Shown here in pieces: positions 13,468 to 27,171 of a stretch of DNA of 64,000 nt. This DNA comes from Eledone cirrhosa (taxonomy: Eukaryota). The stretch lies in the NCBI GenBank assembly GCA_964016885.1, contig OZ024745.1:58404001-58468000 (forward strand), read 5' to 3'. Below the pieces are notes generated by a model. That model saw only the letters and a program-made list of their open reading frames with translations, was not told the DNA's origin and ran no database searches. How positions within the stretch are numbered: the first letter of the stretch is position 1; the number at the start of each line of letters is the position of its first letter. A program made the translations under genes and the position numbers.

Positions 13468-14371
13468 TATCGGTAGAGGGTCGGACACCATGCTTTGACG
13501 CATAGAGTTACGGCCCTGGCCATTCTGAGTTCAAATCCCGCCGAGGTTAACTTTGCCTTTCATCCTTACGGGGTCGATAAAATAAGGTACCAGTAATGTA
13601 CTGGGTAATTGCTGGCCTTGTGCCAATAGTAGAAACAATTATTTAGGCGTTGGCAGTATCGGTAGAGGGTCGGACGCCATGCTTTCCAGCATAGTTACGT
13701 TCCCTTACGATCTGAGTTCAAATCCCACCGAGGTTAACTTTGCCTTTCATCCTTACGGGGTCGATAAAATAAAGTACCAGTAATACACTGGGTTAATTGC
13801 TGGCCTTGTGCCAAAAGTAGAAACAATTGTATAGTCTGTATGTGTTTAGTGTGTATGTGTGGAAGGTAGTGAGTTTGTAAATTACGTATAGGGAGGCGGT
13901 GAGTTCGGGGCGTGGTCGTAAGGTAATGTGTTCGATTTCTGGTGGCACGTTGCTCAAGTTCACTCAGCTGATGTCTCTATAAAATGCATTGTACCTGTAA
14001 TTCAAAGTGTTAGCTTAGTTACTCAACGTATTACACTGAATCTCCCTGAGAGCTACACTATAAGTACATATATCTGTGGAATGCTCAGCCACTTGCACGT
14101 TGATTTCACGAGCAGGCTGTTCTCTGTTCAATCAACTGGAACACCTGTCGCCGGAACCGAGGGAAGTCCAACAGCATTGTATAGTGTGGATTGGCAGTAT
14201 CGGTAGAGGGCCGGACGCCATGCTTTGCAGCAAAGAGTTACGGCCCTTTATGGTCTGATTTCAAATCTCGCCGAGGTTAACTTTGCCTTTCATCCTTACG
14301 GGGTCGATAAAATAAAGTACCAGTAATACACTGAGATAATTGCTGGCCTTGTGCCAAAAGTAGAAACAATT
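13468..14371 (+). mobile_element. Cluster of three S1 SINEs (13468-13642, 13651-13829, 14188-14371)
   Basis: Each matches the S1 consensus. The 14188 copy is flanked by the target-site duplication (TSD) attgtatagtgtg. Confidence 0.85.
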
Positions 14372-14698
14372 GTATAGTGTGTATGTGTTTAGTGTGTATG
14401 TGTGGAAGGTAGTGAGTTTGTAAATTACGTATAGGGAGGCGGTGAGTGTATAGCTGTGTGCATGTAAGCTCTGTTTATGGGTGTGTGCATGAAGTTGATG
14501 TGAATGGGTTTTTGTGTTTGGTATGTGTGCGTGTATTTGTAGCGTTTGTGTGAATATATATATGGATGGCGGTGTGGTATTGTGGTATCTGTATTGTGTG
14601 GGGATATGTCTATTTCGAAGTGATGCACTCATTTGTATGTGATACGTTGTGTGCACGTGTATGTCTGTTCTGTGAAGAGTGAACGTGTGAAAAATACA

Positions 14699-14763
<65 letters not shown>

Positions 14764-14874
14764 TTTGTATGTGTGTGTTACTTTTGTATGTGTGTATGTG
14801 CAAATATGTATGGTGGCAAAAGGCTGAAACTGGTGCTCAAGGCCAGACCAAAAGCTTGAGTATAGTGGTTGACA

Positions 14875-15010
14875 GGAGGAAAATATTGAGAGCCTGATAG
14901 ATGTTTGTTGGATCTGATATCTGAAAAGTGCTCTGCATATCTGTCCAGTAGTCGGTGGCTTGTTTGACTGATATAGATAGCCTTGCAGAGGGGTGAGGGT
15001 GCAGGAGCCC
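14875..15010 (-). mobile_element. Decayed Penelope-like GIY-YIG endonuclease remnant
   Basis: PLCKAIYISQTSHRLLDRYAEHFSDIRSNK resembles the PLE consensus C...YIGQT.R.L..RF.EH..DIR. Confidence 0.55.
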
Positions 15011-15665
15011 TTAATAAAGGTAAACCTGAAAGAGTCGCTGAGGAGGAAAATTCGCTTGTTATACCCTGTATCTTTGGTGAAGGTGATAAAAAAAAAGGAT
15101 AAATGTGACAACTGGGATGAGGACATGGAAGGAATCCAAGAGGAGAGTGGGGGATGTAGAGAGAGAGAGAGAGCAAGGGACAAGATTATGAAGGTTGCGA
15201 GCGAGCTTAATTGAATGGGGTAGCGAAAGAAGGAATAGGTGGGATGTGAGATGATCATATTGAAGGCGACGGGAGAGAAGAACGGCGTAAAGAGAAGGAG
15301 TGGTAGATGAGGAGATGGAGTTGATATGAAGGCGGGAGTAAGACGGCTAGAGTATAGCGACATAGCTCTATATTTCTAGTTGAGATGTGGAGATGAATTA
15401 TGCATACACACAATTCCGTCATCAGCAAAGAAAAAGTAGGTATTAAACGAAGGTTATTAGTTTTATACACTCTGATGTTGCCAGGAATTAAAACTATAAT
15501 GTCCCCGAGCTTTAAATTTCCCATATAATGTCCTTTAAGTCATTATATTATAAATTGTTATATTATCGCTTTGAAGTTGAAAGTTTCTATTTCATTGAGC
15601 TCTTTGTGCTAACTTTCGGTTAAAGAAACGTCTTGTTACATATATGAAATAATTATTACTCTTTG

Positions 15666-15813
<148 letters not shown>

Positions 15814-16130
15814 ATGTATGTGTGTGTGTGTGCGTGTATGTCTCTGTGTATGTATGTGTGTGTGCGCGCGTACATATACACGTGTATGAGTGTATAAGTA
15901 TTTATATATTTTGAAAGGATTTTCTGTTCTACAGTTAAGATTTTACTGTTACATCATAACAGTAAATGTTTAACCATGGATCAGAAAATCTTAATCAGCA
16001 CCCAACGTTTCGTAAGTATAGAATACTAAGTTTAATACTTCTTACTGGTCTTAAACAGTAGCATGTTACACATACATACATACATACATACATGCATACA
16101 TACATACATACATACATACATACATACATA

Positions 16131-16360
16131 CGGGTTATATACCAACCCGCTTGGACCAAAGTATGACTGAACTTGGATTTGCGGACAAAGAGCGCAGCTC
16201 CCTAATTCATAGTCTGCAAATGGTTGCGATAGCTGGCACCTTCAAAATTTGCAAAACATTCTTGCGATTCAAGGGTTTACAATTTCTTTTCTTTTACAGC
16301 CTTGCCACCAGGAAGATGGCCGGTCAAAAAAATATACTCGAAATTAAGAGAAAGAGATAA
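16131..16360 (+). mobile_element. 3' end of a restriction-like-endonuclease (REL) non-LTR retrotransposon
   Basis: GYIPTRLDQSMTELGF...LQMVAIAGTFKICKTFLRF resembles the ALG.IP...LQ..A..GT..I C-terminus of R4/NeSL-type ORFs. Inserted in (TACA)n. Confidence 0.5.
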
Positions 16361-16706
16361 GATACATACATAAACATATGTAAAACATTATGCATCTAAT
16401 AACTGCATATACACATGCACAGATACAAGGCATATGCACATGCACACATATGACTCAAAACATACACATCCACACATAGATTAACATCCATACCTGCACA
16501 CACGTGCATGCAGACATGCAGACATATCTACCTAGTTGATGATGTCTAAATTCCAATGAAAGTATCTTGTATCTATGTTAGAAACTGACTCTCTCTCTCT
16601 ATTGGTAAAAATGTATATAATTATAAAACCAGCTGAACATCCAGGCATACATATACACAAATGACATGTTACCCATAAAAATAACATTCCTAACCATTAA
16701 AGATTT

Positions 16707-17509
16707 GATTGGCAATATTGGTAGCGGGTCGGACGGCATATTTGGCAGCAAAGAGTTACGGACCTTTATGGTCTGAATTCAAATCCCACCGAGGTTAGCT
16801 TTGCCTTTCATCCTTATGGGGTCGATAAAATAAAGCACCAGTAATACACTGGGATAATTGCTGGCCTTGTGCCAAAAGTAGAAACAATTATTATATATTT
16901 AATTATCTAACCTTTATTTATTTATTTCATGGTTTGGAAGAATAAGACTCATTATCATACCACGGTAGAGGGTCGGACGCCATGCTTTCCAGCATAGTTA
17001 CGTCCCTTTACGATCTGAGTTCAAATCCCGCCGAGGTTTACTTTGCCTTTCATCCTTACGGGGTCGATAAAATAAAGTACCAGTAATGCACTGAATAATT
17101 GCTGGCCTTGTGCCAAAAGTAGAAACAATTATCATACCACTTGAATAATTGTTTCTGATTTAGGCATAAGGCCAGCAATTTTATCTAAGTATAAAAAGAA
17201 AAGCTAACGTCGGATAGATTTGAACTCAGAACGTAAAATGCCGTAACTCTATCCCACGGCGCAGTGTGCCCGGCGGTCGACTGATGCAGCCAATGGACCA
17301 CCCTCAGATGCCACTTGAATAATTACATTAATTGTTTCTACTTTTGGCACAAGGCCAGCAATAACCCAGTACATTACTGGTACTTTATTTTATCGACCCC
17401 TGTAAGGATGAAAGGCAAAGTTAACCTCGACGGGATTTGAACTCAGACCGTAAAGGGACGTAACTATGCTGGAAAGCATGGCGTCCGACTCTCTACCGAT
17501 ACTGCCAAT
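16707..17509. mobile_element. Cluster of four S1-type SINEs: 16707-16892 (+), 16964-17131 (+), 17148-17300 (-), 17330-17509 (-)
   Basis: Consensus matches, with TSDs attatcataccac, ccacttgaataatt and aattacattaat. Confidence 0.85.
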
Positions 17510-17640
17510 TAATTACATTAATATTTTTTTTAACTGTAATGAATTGATAATCTGTTAGATTTGGTTTTGAAAGAAAGGATATCAACTACTGAAACCAATG
17601 TCTATCAAACGCGCAATATTCCAGTTGCTTACTCCACATT

Positions 17641-18032
<392 letters not shown>

Positions 18033-18186
18033 TATATATATATTAGTTTAAATTTTGGTGGTTTACCATAGGGTAGAATTGGTCATTCACAGTAATAAAA
18101 AAAATTAAGGAAATTCAACATATTTGGCCTCCTGTCATTTAACTTTATGATATATATATATATATATATTGAGAGAGAGAGAGAGG

Positions 18187-18250
<64 letters not shown>

Positions 18251-19291
18251 GAGAGAGAGAGAGAGCTTAACCCATTATTGGGAACTGATTTATTTTAGTT
18301 GCTCTAGCATATCTCCCACCGTATCGAGACTTTGGGTCAAGTTTAATGTGTTTAATTACCTCTCTGAATGGATATTTTATCTTTACATTGAGATATGTAA
18401 TATTAGAGACATTTTTTTTATTATATATATATATATATATTAGTCTTCAAATTTATTATTATTACTATATATATATATTTCGTATGGCAAAAAGTTTCGG
18501 TCTACAAACATTTCGGGTGACGAACAGCTTTCAGGAATGAATTAAGTTCGTGAACAAATGTTTCACTATATACATATAATTGTGCGTATCTGTGTGTAAT
18601 ATAAATGTATATATACTTATCACATTTTGCACACTATATACTTTTAATTAGCCAAGGGAAATAACTCATTGCTAACACTATCAATATCAAAGGAATTATG
18701 TTCCTTACACTTTTTAAGCCCACGATTGGCGATTCCTAAGCATGAAATTTGCCGCTTTTGCATTTATAAATATATAATTCCATCCTCCATCAATGCACAT
18801 TACTTTCAGTCCTGTATTATTCTTGAGAATTTGTCTTATGATATTAATCAATTTATTGTTATTTTTTTATATATTTCCTGAAGAGATACGGTTTTGAGTA
18901 GAACACCTACAAGGGAGTAATTTGAGAGATTATATGTGTTTTTCTCAATTGATGAAACACTCAAGCCACATTAAAACGGCCGTAGAATCGTATAAATAAA
19001 TAACAATAATAATAATTTTTGCTACATTTGGCACAAGGCCAGCAATTATCCTAGTGCGTTAATGGTGTTTTATTTTATCGACCCCGTAAGTATGAAAGGC
19101 AAAGTAAACCTCGGCGGGATTTTAACTCAGACCGTAAAGGGGCGTAACTCTATTTGCAAAGATATTCATCTAGTTTATGTTCGCTCCTGAAGAGCGAAGG
19201 GTAAAAAAGTGCATTGAGCTTACCTCGTCTTACCAATGAAAATAGTGAACTATTACACTATAACCTCATATATATACATATATATACACAC

Positions 19292-19373
<82 letters not shown>

Positions 19374-19465
19374 TATATATATACACATATACACATATAT
19401 ACACATACATGTATAGATATATATATATATATATGTATGTATATACATATATATATACGTATATA

Positions 19466-19550
<85 letters not shown>

Positions 19551-19955
19551 CACTATACACACACACACATACACACACACACACATACACACACCACACC
19601 ACACATATATGTATATATATATATATATACGTGTTTGTTCGTGTGTTTATTATATATGGAAATCGGAGACAAAGAAAGAAAGTAATTGCGTAAAATAAGA
19701 AAAGAAATAGATAAAATGGTAATTTTCGTTGTTAAGTGAGTAGGTATGGTTGAATGAATTAATGGATGAAAAGATAACATTTTAAAACTCGTGATACGAA
19801 ACTACTTTTAATGATGCAAGATATACGATTTGGCTTTAATGTAGAACAATACTCTCGTGGCTATATTTTCTCGCTCGCTATTCTCCTTCCCCACAACCGT
19901 CTATGTATGTATGTATGTATTTATTTATATATACACATTTGTGTTTCCGTGCATA

Positions 19956-20056
<101 letters not shown>

Positions 20057-20102
20057 TCAGCGAGAATCGTATTTCGGCCGGTAGAAAAAGCGAAAGGAAA
20101 CG

Positions 20103-20170
<68 letters not shown>

Positions 20171-20171
20171 G

Positions 20172-21285
20172 CTGTTTAGACTTCGCATACCAACTGAGGA
20201 GTCTTGGTTCAGGCAAATATATTCTGTTTTGCCTGCCTTGACATAGAGTCCGATTTCCTTTGCAACTGATTCGATGCTGTGAAGTAGTGATGTTGCATCC
20301 TTAAGGTAGTCAGCGAGGACCGCTAAATCATCCGCATAGTCAGCATCAGGTATTTTCTGAGCTGCATGGCGTCTACACTTTCGCTTTGTGAGAGTAAAAC
20401 CAAGCTCTCTAAGTTTTCGTCCAGGGCTTTTCTCAATACATAGTCGAGGCAGATGATAAAAATATATAGTGCAAGAGTATCCCCTTGAAGTACTCCTGCA
20501 ATGATGTCAAAGAAGTTGGTATCTCCATCAGGTGAGCGCACCATTACGCGGGTGTTTTTATATAACATCATGATGGCATTTACTGTTTCCCTTGGCAAGT
20601 CGTAGGCTAGAAGTATCTCCCTCATCCTCCTACGATGGATGGAATCGAATGCTTTTGAAAAGTCAATAAACAGGAGAGTTGCTGGGAGGTTTTTGGCTTT
20701 TACGCCTTCCAAGATACGCTGAATTGTAAGTATTTGCCCTGATAATGATCTGTTGGTGCGGAAGCCATTTTGGTTTTTTCTCAGCAAGGGGTCAATGACA
20801 GGTCTTATTCTGTCAAACAGCATGAGATTGTATATCTTTGCAGCAATTGCCATTAGTGTTATGCCACGGTAGTTTTTAGCCATTCCAAGATCGCCCTTTT
20901 TGGGAAAAGGGAGTATACATCCCTCTGTCCATTTCTCTATGGGGTCTTGATTATGCTCCACGCTGCTTTAAACGTGTCTTGGAGGGAACACCCAACAAAT
21001 AAGGATCTCTATGGCAATATACCACCTATCAGCAGATCAATACGTGGACAGAGACTCAGATTTGCTGGCCACTGTTGGCGCAGCAAGGGAGAAATAGCAG
21101 GTGATGTGTTGTTATGGAGTTCATCTAATGGAGCAAGAAACGCTGGTCGTCCCAAGAAGACATATGTCAAGCAACTTGAGGACGATACTGGATGCACTGC
21201 GGAAGAACTGGCAAACGCTATGAGAGACAGAGATGGATGGCGGAAACGTGTCGTAGAAAGCCGAGCAAGCTCGACCTGATGATGA

Positions 21286-21290
<5 letters not shown>
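20172..21290. mobile_element. RTE-clade LINE insertion with 5' inversion: RT segment on the - strand (20172-20945) joined to the 3' end on the + strand (20947-21290)
   Basis: Minus strand: KKGDL...NYRGITL...QNGFR...FIDFSKAFDSI...GVLQGD...(frameshift) DYADDLAVL...[12 protein letters not shown]. Plus strand: LNVSW...RLRFAGHCWR...GRPKKTY...MRDRDGWR...* followed by a (GAT)n tail. Confidence 0.9.
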
Positions 21291-21324
<34 letters not shown>

Positions 21325-21466
21325 CATTATGTGCATCATGTATTCTGCCTTTTTCCATATAGCGCTGGCCTCGGGACCCCCCCCCCCCCCCCCTGCTGGT
21401 CCTTTAACCTTGTTCTGGTGACGCAGCTCGATGGAGCATGCAACTACTGATATTCTCTTGTTTATA

Positions 21467-21519
21467 GGCTCTGATGATTCCTGCCATGGTGTATGGATGA
21501 AACACTGTTAGCTAATAAA
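21467..21519 (+). ncRNA. Type-I hammerhead ribozyme motif followed by AATAAA
   Basis: GGCT-CTGATGA-T-TCC...GGA-T-GAAAC-ACT-GTT-AGCT-AATAAA. Confidence 0.6.
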
Positions 21520-21666
21520 ACAATGTATTTCTAAGTACTCTTTGGTTATTCCTATAACTATAACGGCTCTGTAGTATACTAGTTATCCTACATTGAACTA
21601 AAACGACACTGTCATACCAAGGGCAATATATCTGCATGTCTGGGCATATTGATATATTTGTCAACG

Positions 21667-21717
<51 letters not shown>

Positions 21718-21724
21718 GAAGGTG

Positions 21725-22104
21725 AGTAATATTGTAGAACAATAAAACTATGCATATATCAGATAAGTAGCACTCAACAGTTGGTAGAACTGGAGTATAT
21801 ATAATAAAGAAAAAATTAAAAAATGGTTAAAAGAGTTCCATATATTTTATTATGCGCATTTCGAATACAAAATCATCCTGGGACAAAAATTGTGTTCTCA
21901 TCAGATAAAATAAGGTAACATGATATGAAGCATAATCGCACTTGTTTACAGCAAAGTGCTAAACAAGTGCGATTATGCCTCATATCATGTTACCTTATTT
22001 TATCTGATGAGAACACAATTTTTGTCCCAGGATTATGTTGTATTCGAAATGCGCATAATAAAATATATGGAACTCTTTTAACCATCTTTTAATTTCTTCT
22101 TTAT

Positions 22105-22110
<6 letters not shown>
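21725..22110. mobile_element. Family H2 palindromic insert (arms about 150 bp) with a hammerhead on each strand
   Basis: About 21800-21948 is the reverse complement of about 21960-22107. Plus-strand hammerhead at 21998-22063: TTTTAT-CTGATGA-GAACAC...GTATTC-GAAA-TGCGCA-TA-ATAAAA. Flanked by (TA)n. Confidence 0.85.
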
Positions 22111-22176
<66 letters not shown>

Positions 22177-22517
22177 GTATGTATGTATATATATATATAT
22201 ATATATATACGTATGTAGGGAGAGATAGATAGATAGATAGATATAGATATATATGTATGTATGTATGCATGTATGTACCTTTAAATATATAAGTATGTAT
22301 GTACATATGTATATGTGTGTTTGTGTATATATATATGTGTGTGTGTGTGTGCGTGCGCGCATGTGTGTGTGTGTGCATCTCAGTCCCCCCAGTCTATCTT
22401 TCAATCTCTTCTTTCTTTTCTTTTTTCCTTCTTTATGCAAACGTGCTGATCGAATCATTCTTTGACCTTTGTTATATGGCAATGGCGTCAAGAGTAAAAT
22501 ACATCGTTTTATAAAAG

Positions 22518-22552
<35 letters not shown>

Positions 22553-23368
22553 GTGGAGGAGGAAATGAGAGAGAGAGTGAGAGAGATGGAGGAGGAAATG
22601 AGAGAGTGGAGGGAGTCAGAAAATTCATTAATCACATCATTTCGAATTTCCGATCATATCCATAATGCTACATCTAATCATTTAATTGTAAAGTCAGAAT
22701 GTTTCCATAGGTGAGAAACGACCGTCTAACTAAATAGGATATGGCCGTCTAGCTCTTTTTCAAATTACCTGGTCTTTGACATTACATGAATAGACTGGTT
22801 GTATGAAATGAAAGCTAAATAGAACAATATAGCTATTAAGATTTCAGAGATTATCTCCTCTGGAAAAATTTATTTCAAAGGAATTCTTTTCAATATAATG
22901 TTATATTTCATTCGTGATATAATCAGCACTTTGCTATTATTTACATAACTATACAAAATTTTTAAATCACGAAACGGTCGTTTATTATGTTTTCAAAGAA
23001 TCACATCCTACACCACATCGTTTTTTACTCTGTCTTCCTCACTGATTTGTATTAATCATATTATTATGTGGTCTAAATAAATAATCCTACCAACCATATT
23101 GATGGTCACTCTCCGGATGCTCTTCTGTAATTTACCTAATCCTTTCTCTGTCCAGCATCAATAAAGAACTCCTTTCTAGTTTTTTGTTTGTTATTTCCTC
23201 TTCACTTACTCACCTTCAAACGTTTAAACTGAACATTTAATGTATTGACCTTACTATTGTACTTTTATCTATGAGGGGGCACGCAAATACTATTGTACTC
23301 TTATCTATGAGGGGGCACGCAAATACTATTGTTATTTTATCAACCTCTTCAGAATAGATTATATTGCT

Positions 23369-23552
23369 GGATTGGCAGTATCGGTAGAGGGTCGGACGCC
23401 ATGCTTTCCAGCATAGTTACGTCCCTTTACGATATGAGTTCAAATCCCGCCGAGGTTCACTTTGCCTTTCATCCTTACGGGGCCGATAAAATAAAGTACC
23501 AGTAATGTACTGGGTAATTGCTGGCCTTGTGCCTAAAGTAGAAACAATTATA
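23369..23552 (+). mobile_element. SINE family S1, full length
   Basis: ggattggcagtatcggtagag...GAGTTCAAATCCC...aaagtagaaacaattat. A further partial copy lies at 19017-19155 (-). Confidence 0.85.
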
Positions 23553-24399
23553 TTATATATTTGGATGGTTCGGTTTAAATTATGGCAGAAGTGTTAAAAC
23601 GTTAGACCAAATAACTTGCAGTACTTATTCTGACTCCTTACGTTCTAAGTTCAATTATTAGTGGTCAACTTTGCATTCCAGCCTTCTGGGTTCTGTATAT
23701 AATGTACCCGTCTTGTTTGGTGGACTAATGGAATTATTAGAGCGCCCGATAGGATGATTTGTGCTATTTGTTCCAGTTCTTCGAATTCTGCCATGGCTTA
23801 CTTAGGTGGTATACTTAATCTGTTGCCCAGTTTAACTTTTAGTGGCGAAGAAGACAAATCTTAGCACACTGGCTACTTCAGGAAGCACAAATAATGTAGC
23901 TGTCCACATAGATACCAAACTTTTGACAGTTCAGCTTCCTTGGCCTATTTGTAAAGAGGTGTCATCGTGATCTGGATCTATTCAACTTGAAGAAATGCCT
24001 CAACTGCTTTAACATTACTCCAAACATTGCAGGACTTCCAGAGCTGAGATGATAAAACCAGCATGTAAACCTAATGATGTGGTTGTTTTACGGGCTGACC
24101 TCAATAATACAAACTTCTCAGGGAACACATGCTTCTGGTACAAAACGTTTTATCTCGTACCAATACGTCATTCATCTCTTCAACATCCTCTCCTACTGTC
24201 TTATCATAAAGACACCTTGTACTTGCTTTGTCTATTTTCTTCCCTAGCTACACCCAATCATACCAGTTGCCCCATCTTCTCCACATTCAGTTTCTCCACC
24301 CATCTCTTTTCTAGATACCTAGAAAAACATCATGTCATCCATATCAAGTATATTAACAATACTGTTAAACGTCTCAGCTAATTGCTTTTCTTCTTTGAG

Positions 24400-24778
24400 C
24401 CTCCCAGGTCCTATTCAACATGGACGTAAACTTCACATAAACTATCCTACCCAACACTGACATATGTTAGCCCTTAAAAATGTCTTCAACCTTGGCCTCA
24501 CACCTGAACCTAGTCTTACCACCAGCTTTCTTCACTACCTAGCCGAAATCCTCCTTATCCTGACATGTTTCTTCCCTAGTTAGTTCTACCAGTGAAGCAC
24601 CGATTTAATCATATGTACAAAGAGGGCCCCAGTTAGGCAAAATTCTTCCTGTGCTATAACTGAGAACCAGATTGTTTTCCTATTTATCGGGTCCATTCCA
24701 GAATCAGTCCATATATTAGCCACTGTGTTAGCTTCTCTCTCTCTCTCTCACTCTCTCTCTCTCTCTCCCTCTCTCTCT

Positions 24779-24860
<82 letters not shown>

Positions 24861-25450
24861 CTCTCTCTCTCTCTCTCTGAATGAACTGAACTCTCTGAAT
24901 GAATTTACTGTCCAACATTTTACATCCTGCTCTAGAAATTTCCTCTACCCTCTACCATCTGGCTCACACTCACACTTCTACTTCTCTTCTTACCCTAAAG
25001 CTACTAAACAAATCTCATAATTCCTCCGATTCTGTCTTCTATACACCAAGGTTTCGGATTTCCTATCTAAGTTTGATGAAATGGGCCAATCCTTCCTCAC
25101 TCAGTGTTACTATGAATTTAAGATCGAAATTGCATTCTGCCAAACTACACAAACACGTCCTCCTCCACCACCACACACACACATATATACGTACACAACC
25201 CGAAAGTAGGGTTTTCTTTTCTGCCACCTTTATCTCATAAGCTCTGCTACATCAACTGACTTATATTCCGCAACTTTCATTTAGCTTCTGTTGAACTTTG
25301 AAATGTTTCTGTTTGTTTCTAATCTTTCCCTCCTTGCGTGACTTGGTCTGAAGGCTTCCCATTTAACAACTTACAAGTCACTATAACCTTCGAATACTCC
25401 AGCTCTGTATGCTACACATGGCTCTTCGTCTCTATCCGTACACGATTCCT
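24400..25450 (+). mobile_element. Highly decayed Penelope-like RT remnant interrupted by (TC)n
   Basis: Fragmentary motifs LFNMDV (24411), LAEILL and HPAL resemble PLE RT motifs. No intact ORF. Confidence 0.3.
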
Positions 25451-25922
25451 CCTTCCTTAAGCCCAATATCAAGTCAAACCATTTTAACAGTATCTGCACC
25501 AATCCTATTTACTGCATCACCTTTAAATCTACATGTATCTATACGTGGATAAAATCGGCTGATTGCTTTCACTAGCACCTATTTGACGTTTGTAATAACG
25601 CCTAAGCAATCCTTTTCGCTAAACCACCATCCACCAGGTGTGTGTTTGGGGAGATATGTTACATAATCTAATGAAGCCACATACAAGTAAGTTTTATTAA
25701 ATATACGGTAAATTGAATTACGTATACATAAAGTTGAATGGTGTTAGTGATTAACATTTGGCATAAGTACTACAACTTCCATAGACTGCATAAAAGTGAA
25801 GCTTGTCATAAATTAATAAGAAATATATACAGGGTCTTCGAAAATAATCCAAAAGTATATACAGGGTGCTTCAACAGCATTCTGAAAAAAGTGTGCATAC
25901 ATTTTGTGGTACGCCCTGTATG

Positions 25923-25967
<45 letters not shown>

Positions 25968-25975
25968 TTTTGATT

Positions 25976-26019
25976 GCCCTGATGAGTCCTTAATAGGACG
26001 AAACATTGTTGGCTAATAA
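25976..26019 (+). ncRNA. Canonical minimal type-I hammerhead ribozyme followed by AATAAA
   Basis: GCC-CTGATGA-GTCCT-TAAT-AGGAC-GAAAC-ATT-GTT-GGC-T-AATAAA, in a roughly 95-bp island flanked on both sides by (TA)n. Confidence 0.8.
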
Positions 26020-26058
26020 AAACTTTTGATGTATTGAAGGCTTCTTTGTTTTATTTTC

Positions 26059-26140
<82 letters not shown>

Positions 26141-26142
26141 TA

Positions 26143-26208
<66 letters not shown>

Positions 26209-26624
26209 TATCTGTTATTTTAATAAATATTTGCTCTACGGTTCTTATATATTTGATATATATTTATCCTTATCGAGCCCACTTTGGATTTTAGTCTTCA
26301 AATTTATTATTATTACTATATATATATATATATATATATAAAAGTAGAATTGAGATGGTTTTTCTCGCATCATATATATATATATATATATATATGATGC
26401 GAGAAAAACCACAAACCCTCCATCTCAATTCTACTTTTGAAAAGCACAAGAACTGCGAAACCGGTAAAGGAACCAAATAAATATTCTTAAAAAAACTCCA
26501 TCCAGTTGCATTTTCGATTTCATCTTCTTTTGCACCAAGAAAAATAAAACGTCGGCGTGAACAGATTAGGAATTTATTTCCTTTGACATATATATATGTA
26601 GTATATATGTAGGAGGTGAGTTTT

Positions 26625-27037
26625 ATTGTAGTACAATAAAGCAATGCAGATATCGGATAAGAAGCACTCTACAGTTTGTAGGACTGGAGTATACATAATA
26701 TATAAGATCAAAAGATGGTTAAAGGAGTTCCATGTATTTTATTATGCGCATTTCAAAAACAAACATCATCATGCAATAATATTTGTGTTTTCATCAGATA
26801 AAACAGGAGAACATGATATGAAGGCTAAAAAACGCTTGTGGATAGTGCAGTTTTAAATCAACATGTTGATTTAAAACTGCACTATCCACAAGCGTTTTTT
26901 AGCCTTCATATCATGTTCTCCTGTTTTATCTGATGAAAACACAAATATTATTGCATGATGATGTTTGTTTTTGAAATGCGCATAATAAAATACATGGAAC
27001 TCCTTTAACCATCTTTTGATCTTATATATTATATGTA
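26625..27037. mobile_element. Family H2 insert with a spacerless palindrome (26695-27032, centre 26863/26864) and a hammerhead on each strand
   Basis: Arms read as exact reverse complements around aaatcaacatgttgattt. Plus-strand hammerhead at 26924-26990: TTTTAT-CTGATGA-AAACAC...GTTTTT-GAAA-TGCGCA-TA-ATAAAA. Confidence 0.88.
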
Positions 27038-27171
27038 GTATATATATATAACAGGTTTGTTTCTCCGACCTGATTGGTTTTTTCGTTGCTTTGGTATCAT
27101 GTGGCTAGGCTTGCCTGTCGCAGTTTTCAATTTGTCAAGCTATCTAACGTATGTTATTACTCTAAGGTGAC

